Positions 1-11,906 of a stretch of 36,524 bases of DNA are shown here, in pieces (positions within the stretch are counted from its first letter, which is position 1; every line of letters starts with the position of its first letter). The position numbers and the translations under genes were made by a program. The DNA comes from Thraustochytrium aureum (taxonomy: Eukaryota). The stretch lies in assembly GCA_012862495.1 (NCBI GenBank), contig BLSG01000328.1, forward strand, positions 1-36,524, given 5' to 3'. Under the pieces are notes generated by a model. That model was not told the DNA's origin. It worked only from the letters and a program-made list of their open reading frames with translations, and made no database searches.

Positions 1-1
1 C

Positions 2-1639
2 ATGGATCTGCTCGCTGGCGACGAGATCGCGCAGGTCGCAGCTGGGGACCACCACTCTGTCTGTCTCACGCGGGAGGGCGAGGTTCTGAGCTTTGGACAC
101 GCCGAGTACGGCCAGCACGGCGGAAATGCCAGCGGCAGTGGCGACCTGCAGTTTGCGCACATGTTGTGCTACTTTCACACGCCGCGGCCCGTCGCGCCGT
201 TCTCGTTCCGCGCCCGCGGCGACGAGGGGCGGCTCCCTGATGCCGACTCGGGCCTGGCGGCCCAAGAGCGCCTCGCAGCGTTCATCCCTGTGCGCTCCAT
301 CGCGAGCACGGCGCGATACACCCTTGCCGTCGACACGGACGGCCAGCTCTGGAGCTGGGGGTGGAACGGGAGCAGTGTGCTGGGCCACGGCCCCGGGGCG
401 CGCTGGACGGCGCCGAACGTCGTGGAGGCTCTGGCGGGCGTCCAGGTGAACAGCGTTGCGGCAGGTCAGAACCACGTGATGGTGATCGTCGAGCCGATGG
501 GCTCACAGTTTGCGCTCTCCTTTGCAGGCCTCTTGCCGGCCGCTGAAGGCGTGGTGGCCAAAACAGAGCGCGGGCCGAACTTTGACGTGGTCGTGCGGTC
601 CAAGCTGGGCGCGACCCAGGCCAAGGAGAAGGACGCGGAGCTCAAGTACAGCGTGATGGCGCACCGGTTTGTCGTGCTCTCGCGCTGCCCTCGGCTCGAG
701 GCGCTTTTGCGGCCCGTGGAGGGCGAGCCAGTCGGGTTTGAGATCAGGCTCCCCTACGTGCTGGCCCCCAAAGTGCTCTTCTCGCTGATAGAGTATCTGT
801 ACTGCGACCACATTCGCTCGTGCCCCCCGCACAGGCTGGTCGACTTGGAGCAGCTCGCGGGCCAGCTCGGCCTCCCGCACCTTGCGTCGGTCTGCGCCTT
901 TTCTCGGTACCAGCGCGCGCTCAAGCGCCAGATCGGGAGTATGGAGGGGCCGCGCGCCGGCTCAAAGCGGCATGCGCCGCATATTGTCGCGTCGACCTTT
1001 TCGGTTGACATGAAACGCGCGGTGGAGCGCCTCGAGTTTCACGACATTTTCCTGGCCGCTGCCGAAGAGGACGAGGACGATGACAACTACGACGACGACG
1101 AGGAGGAGGACGCGCCCGACGGAGACGACCTCGTTGCCCGTGCGCCATGCCCGCCGGGGCACACCGCGTTCTCCTGGTACGGATCCGGCGGGCTCGAGCG
1201 TCTGCCGCCCGGGCACACTGCGTTCAGCGCGCCGCTGGCCCGGCCGCGCGAGCAACTCGCAAGCAGCGCGCACCTGGAGGTGTTGTGCCGCTACCCGTTT
1301 TTTGACAAGCTGTTGAACGGGGCGTTCAAGGAGGGCCGCGCGGCGCAGGACCCTGCGCACCCGGTGATGTTGCACAACCTGACGCCGCGAGGGCTGAGCC
1401 GCCTCATCCACTGGATGTACAGGGGCGACCGCAGCGCGGCGCTCGATCCGGACACGGTCATGTCGGTGCTGGCTACCGCTCGGTGCTTTGGCGTCGACGA
1501 CTTGGCGCACGTCTGCGAGCTTTTCCTGTTGACGAGCATCTCGCAGGACAATGCGCACTACATCGCCGAGTTTGCTCGCGACGAGAACAACGCGCGCCTC
1601 TTGCGGCGCTGCGAGCAGGTCCTGGCGGCCCTGGCCTAG
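2..1639 (+). CDS. RCC1-repeat and BTB/POZ domain protein (probably 5'-partial)
   Basis: RCC1-like repeats (IAQVAAGDHHSVCLTREGEVLSFG, LWSWGWNGSSVLG, VAAGQNHVMV). Two BTB-like segments follow (AHRFVVLSRCPRL...LIEYLYCD; HLEVLCRYPFFDKLLNGAFKEG...LIHWMYRG), with an acidic linker. Confidence 0.85.
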   Translation: MDLLAGDEIAQVAAGDHHSVCLTREGEVLSFGHAEYGQHGGNASGSGDLQFAHMLCYFHTPRPVAPFSFRARGDEGRLPDADSGLAAQERLAAFIPVRSIASTARYTLAVDTDGQLWSWGWNGSSVLGHGPGARWTAPNVVEALAGVQVNSVAAGQNHVMVIVEPMGSQFALSFAGLLPAAEGVVAKTERGPNFDVVVRSKLGATQAKEKDAELKYSVMAHRFVVLSRCPRLEALLRPVEGEPVGFEIRLPYVLAPKVLFSLIEYLYCDHIRSCPPHRLVDLEQLAGQLGLPHLASVCAFSRYQRALKRQIGSMEGPRAGSKRHAPHIVASTFSVDMKRAVERLEFHDIFLAAAEEDEDDDNYDDDEEEDAPDGDDLVARAPCPPGHTAFSWYGSGGLERLPPGHTAFSAPLARPREQLASSAHLEVLCRYPFFDKLLNGAFKEGRAAQDPAHPVMLHNLTPRGLSRLIHWMYRGDRSAALDPDTVMSVLATARCFGVDDLAHVCELFLLTSISQDNAHYIAEFARDENNARLLRRCEQVLAALA

Positions 1640-2109
1640 TACGTAGCAAGCTTGCGTCTCGGCCCGCGCACCCGGCCTGCAGAGTAGAGTACGTACCGGT
1701 ACTTACCCGAACCTTGCCCCTTTTTTGTTGCCCAACCCTTGCAGCGAGCAAGCGTCCACGCGCCGCGCAATCGCCCGGGATCGCGCACAAGCCAGGGCGA
1801 CACTTGTCCCTACCTTGCAGGAAGGCCCTTGAAACCAACCTTCTGCGGAAGCGAGCATTGCGCTCACCTCTGAGCTGGCAGCAAGCACATGCATGAAACG
1901 GATCAAGCCGGCTAGGGGCAGCGAAGCGCGACCCGCGCCGTGCAGCCGTCGCGCACGGCGGCTCTCCTCGCTGGCGCGAAACGCCAAAATACCTCGCGCG
2001 GGCGACTGGGTCGTTGCTGGTGCTACGAAGCCCGTTCGATGCCATCGTGAAGCTTATCAGTCGCCTCGAAGCGTCCAGGCCAGGCTTGGCTCGACGACTG
2101 TCCCATCTT

Positions 2110-2153
2110 GACGCTCGACGCGACGCTCGACGCGACGCTCGACGCGACGCTCG
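2110..2153. repeat. 12-bp tandem repeat (GACGCTCGACGC) x3 plus a partial copy
   Basis: Direct reading of the sequence. Confidence 0.9.
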
Positions 2154-2805
2154 TCGGACAGATGAATCTGGAGGAGATTCCCGTCGAATCGCAGCTCCGA
2201 GCCGGTCGCCTTCCGACCAGCTAACTCCATGAGCGACGACGAGTCTCTCATCGATCAAGATCAATCACCAGCACGATTCGAGCGCGATTCGTGTCGGCCA
2301 GGGCCGCCCGGTCTTCTTCTCTTCTTCTTCTTCCTCCTCTCCCAGCCATCGTCATGCGGGCTTCAAGAGCCTGCAACGCTCGTTCAAGTTCAATCTTGAA
2401 ATGCACCAAAAGGTTGGCTCTGCGCGAGCACCAACCAGTCGCACTGCGTACTTCCTCGCCGCGTCGAGCGCTGAGCGCGGCCGAGAAAACCAGGACCGAC
2501 TCGGAGCACCACGGCCCGCGCAGCAGCGACCCCGTGCCGGCTTGGGCGGTAGGTGCCGCCTGCGAGACGTCGCGCCGGACCGTGGCAGCGAGCGGCTCCT
2601 CGCCCTGCGGTCTCGATTGATTGAATGAACGGAGCCGTGGCCGCCACTGACTCGCCAGCCCAACAGCTCGGCGTGGGCGAGAAGTGTTTCGATGGACGAT
2701 GGACTGTCCATCCGGATGGGCTTGGGGCCGGCGTCGCGTGGCGGGACGCGCTGGGCGAGCGACGCCCCCGCCGCCCACCCCACCACGCGCGAGCCCGCTG
2801 GCACT

Positions 2806-2896
2806 GGCAGGCAGGCAGGCAGGCAGACGCAGGCAAGCAGGCTCATCAGGCTGGCAGGCAGGCAGGCTGGCAGACGCAGGCAAGCAGGCTGGCAGG
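2806..2896. repeat. Imperfect (GGCA)n microsatellite
   Basis: Repeated GGCA/GCAG units with interruptions. Confidence 0.85.
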
Positions 2897-3467
2897 TTGG
2901 GAAGTACACTCTGCGTCACTCTGGGGCTGGCGCCGTGCGGCTGAGCAGAGTGGTACCGCCGACCCCCACAACCACGCGAAAAAAAGGCGTGGCGCTTGGT
3001 CGCTCTCTCAGCCGCGGCCCGAGTCCTGTAGCAGCGAGGCGCGGGCTTGTGCACCCCGCGGAGCAGGCGGGGGCCGGAGGCGCGGTGCGCGTGGGCCCGT
3101 GCCAGAATGATAGCGGGATGCGCGCGTTTGGCTTTGAGGTCGCAAGGGAGGAGCGAGGCAGCGGCTGGAGAAGGGCGCCCAAAGGGCCAGCACAGCTCAG
3201 CCAGAAGCACAACAGGCCTCGCGCGAGCAATACCGAGCAATACCTACCGAGCGAGGAGCTGAGGCATCGGCTGGCGAGGTTGTGCGCAGCATCTGCGGCG
3301 CGGCTGGGAGCTCGAGGCTTGCGCAAGGGCATCCTGGGCCCCTGCGCGCAATTGCCGCGTCGAAAGCGGTGCCAACAAACGTCGCTCTCCAGGCAGAGCT
3401 AGCTCGCTTTGGAACGAGGAGACCTGCGAGAGGCAGCCGCCGGGATCCTCGTGCGCCCGCCGGCGCC

Positions 3468-4612
3468 ATGTCGATCTTTGCGCTGGACTGCACGGTGAAT
3501 GTGACCGCCGGCGCAGAGCAGGACGAAAGCGGGTCCTGGGGCGACGCCCCCTGGCTGTGGCTGATCGGGCTCGCGTGCTCGGTGGTCTCGTCGATAGCCA
3601 CCGCGATCGGGACCATCCTGCAGAAAAAGGCTCACAACATCCAGCAAGCGCTGCCAGACGACGAAAAGTCGTTCGAAATCATCGGCATCGTCTTCAACAA
3701 GTTCTGGCTCATGGCGCTCATCATCATGGTGTTCATCCCTCTGCCGTTCGACTTTGCCTCGTTTGCGCTTGCGCCGCAGTCCGTTATCGTGCCCATGACA
3801 GGGCTCACAATCATCATGAGCGCCCTGGCCGCCGTCCTCATTCTGAAGGAAAAGCTCTCCAAGGTGGAGGTGTTCGGCACGATGATCATTCTCGCCGGCG
3901 TGGCCTGCACCACGGTCACCTCCGGAGGCAACCCGAAAGTGTACAACGTCTGCAGGCTCGTGTCTCGCTACGCCGACCTCGACTTTCTCATCCCTGGGGC
4001 CGTGCTCGTCTGCATGATCCTCCTGTGCGTCTACTGGCTCCGAACGGAAAACTACCCGCCGTCGTTTGAAAAGCTCAAGCCAGAGATGTACGCCTTTATC
4101 GCAGGCGGAATGGGCGCCTTCATGAACGTCCTCTTCAAGGCCACGGGTGAGCTCGCCAAGGGGGCGGTCAACGGGGTTGAGGGCAACCCCTGGCTCACGA
4201 TCCACCCCTACTACCACATCGCTGGCGTCGCGATCCTCGGTATCGCCATGCTTTCGACGCTCAACCTCTTGCTCAGCCGCGTGGACGCCGTGATCGCCAC
4301 CCCGCTCTTTTTCACCAACTTGATCGTCTGCAGCAGCACGATCGGCCTCCTCTTCTACCGCGAGTACGACGAGTTTGGCGTCTGGCAGTGGATCTTGTTC
4401 CCCGTCGGGATCATCATCGTCTGCGTAGGCGTGCTGTTCATGTCGCTCAAGGGCGTCGACCTGGACAAGCTCCGCCTGCAAGAGGCGCTCATCAAGCGCT
4501 CCGAGGTGAACCGCCGCTCGCTCAGGGAGGATCGCCTCAGGAGCGCCCGCTCTTCCACCAAGCGCCGGGTTTCCTCCAAGCTCTCCTCGCGCTCGCTCTC
4601 GCTTCCTGACAC
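3468..4612 (+). CDS. NIPA-family (DMT superfamily) magnesium transporter-like protein, 3' end in gap
   Basis: ATG at 3468. Multiple hydrophobic TM helices, with NIPA-like motifs GTILQKKAH, DFASFALAPQSVIVPM, ILKEKL and GLLFYREY. Runs into the N-gap at 4613. Confidence 0.8.
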
Positions 4613-5566
4613 NNNNNNNNNNNNNNNNNNNNNNNNNNNNNNNNNNNNNNNNNNNNNNNNNNNNNNNNNNNNNNNNNNNNNNNNNNNNNNNNNNNNNNNN
4701 NNNNNNNNNNNNNNNNNNNNNNNNNNNNNNNNNNNNNNNNNNNNNNNNNNNNNNNNNNNNNNNNNNNNNNNNNNNNNNNNNNNNNNNNNNNNNNNNNNNN
4801 NNNNNNNNNNNNNNNNNNNNNNNNNNNNNNNNNNNNNNNNNNNNNNNNNNNNNNNNNNNNNNNNNNNNNNNNNNNNNNNNNNNNNNNNNNNNNNNNNNNN
4901 NNNNNNNNNNNNNNNNNNNNNNNNNNNNNNNNNNNNNNNNNNNNNNNNNNNNNNNNNNNNNNNNNNNNNNNNNNNNNNNNNNNNNNNNNNNNNNNNNNNN
5001 NNNNNNNNNNNNNNNNNNNNNNNNNNNNNNNNNNNNNNNNNNNNNNNNNNNNNNNNNNNNNNNNNNNNNNNNNNNNNNNNNNNNNNNNNNNNNNNNNNNN
5101 NNNNNNNNNNNNNNNNNNNNNNNNNNNNNNNNNNNNNNNNNNNNNNNNNNNNNNNNNNNNNNNNNNNNNNNNNNNNNNNNNNNNNNNNNNNNNNNNNNNN
5201 NNNNNNNNNNNNNNNNNNNNNNNNNNNNNNNNNNNNNNNNNNNNNNNNNNNNNNNNNNNNNNNNNNNNNNNNNNNNNNNNNNNNNNNNNNNNNNNNNNNN
5301 NNNNNNNNNNNNNNNNNNNNNNNNNNNNNNNNNNNNNNNNNNNNNNNNNNNNNNNNNNNNNCACGTCCGAGTTCGGCTCGCTCGCTTGAACAGGAGGCTT
5401 TCAGCCAGTCACGAACCAGGTCGAGCTCGCTGCTGCCTGTCGATCGGCCCGCCGAGCCACGCACGCAGCACAGGTGGCGGGGCAAGTGCTCGAGCGAGGG
5501 TTGCGGTTGCGCGGCGCAAGGCGTCGGAGAGAGTGACAGGCGGTCGAACGGACAGCGGGCCCCGAG

Positions 5567-7646
5567 ATGGCGACGCTTGCGCCCGCCACCAATGCGCCGT
5601 CCGTGTTGGCGTCGCTGGCGCCCTCGCTGGCGCCCTCGCTGGCGCCGTCGTTCGGGCCGACCGCGGGCCCACGATTAGCCCGCTGAGCGCGTTTGTGAGC
5701 GGGCCGGCGGCGCTGAGCGTGGCGTTCTTGTGCGCTGCGATGGCGATCAGCATCAGCAGCTGGAATATCTTCAAGCACCTCGTCCATTACAACGACCCAG
5801 GGCTGCAGAAAAACGTGGTTCGCATCCTTTTCATGGTCCCCTTCTACGCCCTGTTCTCGTTCCTCTCGCTGAGCTTTCAAGACGCGCACGTTCTCCTCGA
5901 CACGATCCGCGACGTGTACGAGGCGTTTGTGGTCTACTGCTTTCTCAACCTCATGCTGAGCTACTGCGGCGGCGAGAACGCCTGCCTTTCGGTGATCATG
6001 CACAGCCCGGGGTCGATCTCGCACGTGTTCCCGCTCAACCTGTGCCTGCCTGACCTGGCGCTGACGGCTCGCTTCCTTCGCGTTTGCAAGCAAGGCACGA
6101 TCCAGTTCGTCGTCGTCAAGCCCGTCATGGCGGTGCTCAACCTGATCATGGTCGCCTCCAACAAGGACGGCACGCGGACCTGGGACGTCATTCAGGCCAT
6201 CATCTACAACACGAGCTACACGCTCGCGCTCTACATGCTGCTGCTCTTCTACAAAGCCACGCACGACCATCCGGGCCTCAAAAGCCAGTACCCAGTGCTG
6301 AAGTTCCTCAGCGTCAAGCTCGTCGTGTTCGCGACCTACTACCAAACCGTCCTGGTGGACATCATCCCGGGCGTGCCCACCAACTCGCTAGAGTCCCTCA
6401 ACGACTTTCTCATCTGCTGCGAAATGGTCCTCTTCGCGATCCTGCAGTACTGGGCCTTCAACTGGCGCGAGTTTGCCTCGCTCGGCGCCAAGGACGCGCA
6501 CATCGCCTCGCGCCGCGACAGCGCCTTCGACTCGGTCGGGAGCATCGAGGTCCCATCCCGCCCGCGCACTGGCGGCGCCGCCGGGGCGACCAACGAAGTC
6601 GCACTAAACAACGCCAAGGACATCATGTCCATGAAGGACGTCGCAACGGACGCGTACTACAACTTTAGCAACAAGTACGGCGAGCACGTTCTGCTCGACT
6701 CGGGCGCCTCCGCGGACACCTCGATGCGCCTCGACGACGGCCATGATTTGGAGCAGGGTGCTGCGGCGCAAGACGAAGCTGTCAGCGCCGCGNNNNNNNN
6801 NNNNNNNNNNNNNNNNNNNNNNNNNNNNNNNNNNNNNNNNNNNNNNNNNNNNNNNNNNNNNNNNNNNNNNNNNNNNNNNNNNNNNNNNNNNNNNNNNNNN
6901 NNNNNNNNNNNNNNNNNNNNNNNNNNNNNNNNNNNNNNNNNNNNNNNNNNNNNNNNNNNNNNNNNNNNNNNNNNNNNNNNNNNNNNNNNNNNNNNNNNNN
7001 NNNNNNNNNNNNNNNNNNNNNNNNNNNNNNNNNNNNNNNNNNNNNNNNNNNNNNNNNNNNNNNNNNNNNNNNNNNNNNNNNNNNNNNNNNNNNNNNNNNN
7101 NNNNNNNNNNNNNNNNNNNNNNNNNNNNNNNNNNNNNNNNNNNNNNNNNNNNNNNNNNNNNNNNNNNNNNNNNNNNNNNNNNNNNNNNNNNNNNNNNNNN
7201 NNNNNNNNNNNNNNNNNNNNNNNNNNNNNNNNNNNNNNNNNNNNNNNNNNNNNNNNNNNNNNNNNNNNNNNNNNNNNNNNNNNNNNNNNNNNNNNNNNNN
7301 NNNNNNNNNNNNNNNNNNNNNNNNNNNNNNNNNNNNNNNNNNNNNNNNNNNNNNNNNNNNNNNNNNNNNNNNNNNNNNNNNNNNNNNNNNNNNNNNNNNN
7401 NNNNNNNNNNNNNNNNNNNNNNNNNNNNNNNNNNNNNNNNNNNNNNNNNNNNNNNNNNNNNNNNNNNNNNNNNNNNNNNNNNNNNNNNNNNNNNNNNNNN
7501 NNNNNNNNNNNNNNNNNNNNNNNGACTTTGCTGACGATGTCGCTTCTGCCGAGAAGAAGACCAAGAAGAAGAAGAAGAAGAAGCAGTCGCAGTCGCAGAG
7601 CGACGCCGCAACCAAGCTCGGCCCGTCTGACCTGGAGATCATCTGA
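5567..7646 (+). CDS. TMEM184 / organic solute transporter alpha-like protein (one indel near 5668, gap 6793-7523)
   Basis: Motifs HLVHYNDPGLQKNVVRILFMVPFYA, IRDVYEAFVVYCF, QFVVVKP, KFLSVKLVVFATYYQ and ICCEM. The likely N-terminus MATLAPATNAPS from ATG 5567 joins after a 1-nt shift. A Lys-rich C-terminus ends at TGA 7644-7646 after the gap. Confidence 0.85.
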
Positions 7647-7925
7647 GCCGATTCGCGCTGCAACCGCGGATAGCCTTTGTTGCCGGAGCGGGCTCGGGGT
7701 CGTCTTGGGGTCGCTTCCTTTTTCCAAGGAAGCGCTCGATTCTCCGCGCGCGCGGCTGGGATGGCTGCGCGCGCGCAAGAAGCAACGTGCAGGGTGGTCC
7801 GTCAGTCATCGTTTTGTTGGCCAAGGGAGAGGATGCAGCAAGGCGTTGCGGCCCGGCCAGAGCTTGTGCATGCCGTGATACCGAACGTTAGTCGATTTTG
7901 TGTAGTTTATTTTTCCTTCGGTTTG

Positions 7926-7955
7926 GTCTCCTGAATCACCGTCTCCTGAATCACC
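7926..7955. repeat. Perfect 15-bp tandem duplication GTCTCCTGAATCACC x2
   Basis: Copies at 7926-7940 and 7941-7955, overlapping the stop codon of the minus-strand ORF. Confidence 0.9.
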
Positions 7956-9417
7956 TTTCGCGCAACCGCGAGCCCGTTGCGCGCTCATACTCGCGCCGTA
8001 GCTCGCGCAACTGGGCTAAAACCTCCCCCTCCTCCAACTCATAGCCTAGCGCTGCGCAACTCTCCCCAAGGTTTGCCTCGTCGGTTCGACTGGAACTGTT
8101 GTTGCCCCCGCGCTCCTGCTCACGCTCAGCAAGGTCGCGGGCGAGGGCTCCCCGCCAAAGCTCATAGGCCGACTTGTAGTCGCCCTCTCGCAGGCGCTCG
8201 CGCACATCGCCGGCGGGGGCCCGCTCTGCCCAAAGCGCCCGCACAACGCTGGGCTCGACGGGGTTGTTGACTTTGCGGCAACTGTCCCTGACGCGCAGCA
8301 TCTCATCGAGCTCTGGGTCCGATTCGTTCCCCAAGGTTCTAGTGGAGGCCGCGCCGCAGTGGGCCCCGACCCCTCTTGCGCTCTCCGGCCGCGGCGAGCG
8401 CCGAGGCAAAGCGGAGGTAGGACGCCCGCTAGGCCTTGGCCGTGCTGTCGAAGGCCGGCTCGCGCGAACGCGCTCGTCTGCTCGAGGTGAGCCACCACGA
8501 ACGAGGCTGTGCCTCTCAGCTGTGGCTGGCTCACCGCCTGCAGCTGCCGCGGTATCCGCGCGTTGGCCGTGCGGTGCCGACACCGGCCTGGGCGACCGAG
8601 CAGCGCTTGCCGACCACGGAGACGGCCGTTGCCCCGCTTGTCGCTGTGCCGCCGCCGACAGAGGACGGCGAGTTGCGGAGCCCCCCCCGCGGTGCTTCCA
8701 AAACCGAGACGAGCTGAGTTGCGCTCCGGAGACGCTCTCGAGCCCGCGCCACTGCTCGTCTGCAGACTCTTTCCACGTCGTGGAGTCCCCGAGTGCGCCG
8801 TCCAGGGCGTGCCTGAGCTTGCGCCGCATTCCGTTCACGGTCTCCTTCTTGGCGCTTTCAATCTCTTGTGCAAAGCGCTTCGGGGGCGATTTGGCGGCTT
8901 GGCAGTCTGCGGCCGCCTCGAGATCGATCTGCTCAATAAACTCGTCCAGGTTGGGCACTTGCAAAGTGCCCAGCCGCGTGCGGCAGAGTGCGGCGTCGTC
9001 CGCGGAGGCTTTGCTCCCGAGAACGTCGACGGCCTTTTCGCGAAACCTCGACTCGGACCGCAGCATGCTGATCTTGCCGCGTCCTCCGCCTTCTGTGACT
9101 GCCATGCCGGCTTTCGGCGCAGTTGTTGCAAGCGCAGGCCTTGTGTTGCCCTTGGCCACGCCTTTGGCCCCAAACCCCTTGGGCGGCGTGCGCCACGGCC
9201 GTGGATCTAGCTTGCGCATCTCTGCGAGCACCATGCGCTTCCCGAGCCTTCGCCGCTCTGGGTGCCGGCCAGCAGCCTCGCTCGCAGTCTTGGCGAGCAG
9301 GTCCTGGCGACCTCCGCCTTGCTGCTTCTCCAGCTGCTCTGGCGCGTCGCGCTCAGCGAGCGCCCCAGGCCAGAAGGCCGTGCGGAGCGCCGCGAGCTGC
9401 GCTTGAAGGTCGTCCAT
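7951..9417 (-). CDS. Hypothetical protein, Arg/Ser/Ala-rich and low-complexity, with helical segments
   Basis: Long open frame from ATG 9417 (MDDLQAQLAALR) to TGA at 7951. No family recognised. Confidence 0.55.
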   Translation of the reverse strand: MDDLQAQLAALRTAFWPGALAERDAPEQLEKQQGGGRQDLLAKTASEAAGRHPERRRLGKRMVLAEMRKLDPRPWRTPPKGFGAKGVAKGNTRPALATTAPKAGMAVTEGGGRGKISMLRSESRFREKAVDVLGSKASADDAALCRTRLGTLQVPNLDEFIEQIDLEAAADCQAAKSPPKRFAQEIESAKKETVNGMRRKLRHALDGALGDSTTWKESADEQWRGLESVSGAQLSSSRFWKHRGGGSATRRPLSAAAQRQAGQRPSPWSASAARSPRPVSAPHGQRADTAAAAGGEPATAERHSLVRGGSPRADERVRASRPSTARPRPSGRPTSALPRRSPRPESARGVGAHCGAASTRTLGNESDPELDEMLRVRDSCRKVNNPVEPSVVRALWAERAPAGDVRERLREGDYKSAYELWRGALARDLAEREQERGGNNSSSRTDEANLGESCAALGYELEEGEVLAQLRELRREYERATGSRLRER

Positions 9418-10454
9418 TGCCTGTCGCTCCGTCACTGCGGCGAGGTCCTGCGAGGGCACCTGGTCTGTCTGATGCTTGCCTGTCCTTCTCGCGATGGCGC
9501 GCCACTCGTGGCAGAGTCCTCTTGCACTTTGATAGGGCCAAGGTGACGTTTTGGCCNNNNNNNNNNNNNNNNNNNNNNNNNNNNNNNNNNNNNNNNNNNN
9601 NNNNNNNNNNNNNNNNNNNNNNNNNNNNNNNNNNNNNNNNNNNNNNNNNNNNNNNNNNNNNNNNNNNNNNNNNNNNNNNNNNNNNNNNNNNNNNNNNNNN
9701 NNNNNNNNNNNNNNNNNNNNNNNNNNNNNNNNNNNNNNNNNNNNNNNNNNNNNNNNNNNNNNNNNNNNNNNNNNNNNNNNNNNNNNNNNNNNNNNNNNNN
9801 NNNNNNNNNNNNNNNNNNNNNNNNNNNNNNNNNNNNNNNNNNNNNNNNNNNNNNNNNNNNNNNNNNNNNNNNNNNNNNNNNNNNNNNNNNNNNNNNNNNN
9901 NNNNNNNNNNNNNNNNNNNNNNNNNNNNNNNNNNNNNNNNNNNNNNNNNNNNNNNNNNNNNNNNNNNNNNNNNNNNNNNNNNNNNNNNNNNNNNNNNNNN
10001 NNNNNNNNNNNNNNNNNNNNNNNNNNNNNNNNNNNNNNNNNNNNNNNNNNNNNNNNNNNNNNNNNNNNNNNNNNNNNNNNNNNNNNNNNNNNNNNNNNNN
10101 NNNNNNNNNNNNNNNNNNNNNNNNNNNNNNNNNNNNNNNNNNNNNNNNNNNNNNNNNNNNNNNNNNNNNNNNNNNNNNNNNNNNNNNNNNNNNNNNNNNN
10201 NNNNNNNNNNNNNNNNNNNNNNNNNNNNNNNNNNNNNNNNNNNNNNNNNNNNNNNNNNNNNNNNNNNNNNNNNNNNNNNNNNNNNNNNNNNNNNNNNNNN
10301 NNNNNNNNNNNNNNNNNNNNNNNNNNNNNNNNNNNNNNNNNNNNNNNNNNNNNNNNNNNNNNNNNNNNNNNNNNNNNNNNNNNNNNNNNNNNNNNNNNNN
10401 NNNNNNNNNNNNNNNNNNNNNNNNNNNNNNNNNNNNNNNNNNNNNNNNNNNNCC

Positions 10455-10946
10455 GACGAGTCGAGCGCAAGAGGCTATGCGGGCCCAAGGCCTGGCCCCG
10501 GCGAGGGGCGTGCCGCTGGGCACAACGGCGCTGAGAGGTGCGAAGTGGCCATCCTCAGCGGCGAACCTCTGACAAGCCGCAAGTCCACCTTCCAGGCCCA
10601 TGTCGGCCGCGTGAGCAAGCCCGAGCAGGTGGGCTCCTTCCTGCGGGCGCTCATGCAAGACCGAAAGATCGCCAAAGCGACGCACAACATTATGGCGTTC
10701 CGCATCGAGCGCTCGGACGCGCCGGGCATGTTTATTTCTGACAACGACGACGACGGCGAGAACGCCGCCGGCGGCCGCTTGGCGCACTTGCTTGAGATTG
10801 TTGACGCGCGGAACGTTGTGGTCGTAGTCACGCGCTGGTACGGCGGCGTGCAGCTTGGCCCAGCGCGCTTCAAACTCATCAACAACGTGGCGCGCGACCT
10901 TTTGGAAAAGCACGGGCTGCTCAACGCGGGCGGCGCCGGGGCCTGA
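10455..10946 (+). CDS. IMPACT: IMPACT/YIH1 family protein, C-terminal ancient (UPF0029) domain; N-terminus in gap
   Basis: Signatures RKSTFQAH, KIAKATHNIMAFRI, DDDGENAAGGRLAHLL and VVVTRWYGGVQLGPARFKLINNVAR. Confidence 0.92.
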   Translation, partial: DESSARGYAGPRPGPGEGRAAGHNGAERCEVAILSGEPLTSRKSTFQAHVGRVSKPEQVGSFLRALMQDRKIAKATHNIMAFRIERSDAPGMFISDNDDDGENAAGGRLAHLLEIVDARNVVVVVTRWYGGVQLGPARFKLINNVARDLLEKHGLLNAGGAGA

Positions 10947-11906
10947 GACCCAGGGCCGGACCAGCGCGGGCGACTTGCGCTCAGCCGGTTCGCCCGCTCT
11001 TCCTGGGATAGAATGTAGTTGTGCGCCAAACGCGGCGCAGCGGAGGGCCGCCCGCGAGCCGTGGCAGGCCTCCAGTCGTGACGACAAGCAAACTCGGCGC
11101 AGACTTGGCCTCCTCCGCGTATAGCGAGCTGCGCGCGTGTCCTTCTGCGCTCAGCTCGTGGCCAGCCCCGCGCTGGCCTGCCACTGATCGACGCGAAGGT
11201 GCACGTTCACTTCATTGTCTTTGTGTCCTTTCCGCCCCTCCTCCAAGACAACATCGCGCCAGACCGGCGCCTGGACAGCCCGCGTGCTACCGCAGCGGGC
11301 TGGGGCCTTCTTTCCCCGCCCTTGCGCAGGTCTGCTGCCGTCCGAGGCGGAGTCGACGCCGCACATTTCGAGCTGGACCACGTCGTTGGGCTCGAAATCG
11401 GACCTTGCCGCTCGCGGCGCCCACAGCACTTGCAAGGCTCTGGCGGCCACGCCCCGAGCGCGGCCAGGCCTGCGCGGGCGCCGCCTTGCAGGCCGCGTGG
11501 CCGACTGGGCCGCAGCTGGGAGCCGCGAAAGGGCCTTTCCAAGGTGGGCGCTTGGTGTTTTCGACAGGCAAACCCCGAAACTGAAAGGCGCCAAGGTGAC
11601 GAGGAGGCGGCGGCGAAGGGCACCGAGCGGCGCCGACTCAGCGTCGCGCGCAGAAGCGGTCTCCGGCGCCGCAACGGGCGGCCACCAGCGGGGCGAAGTT
11701 GGGCCGCACCAGGGCTGCGGCCGGGTCTGCACATTTGGGCGCATTCTTTGGGGGGTCGACTACCCACGCCGCAAAACCAGTGTGGACAAGTGCCGCACGC
11801 CACCAGCAGAGACGAACGCGAGGGTCGAGGCGNNNNNNNNNNNNNNNNNNNNNNNNNNNNNNNNNNNNNNNNNNNNNNNNNNNNNNNNNNNNNNNNNNNN
11901 NNNNNG

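Noticed and set aside
962..1558. Numerous long antisense or overlapping ORFs (e.g. 962-1558, 3399-4481, 29072-30334)
   Set aside because: Shadow frames of real genes in high-GC DNA, with no recognisable motifs.
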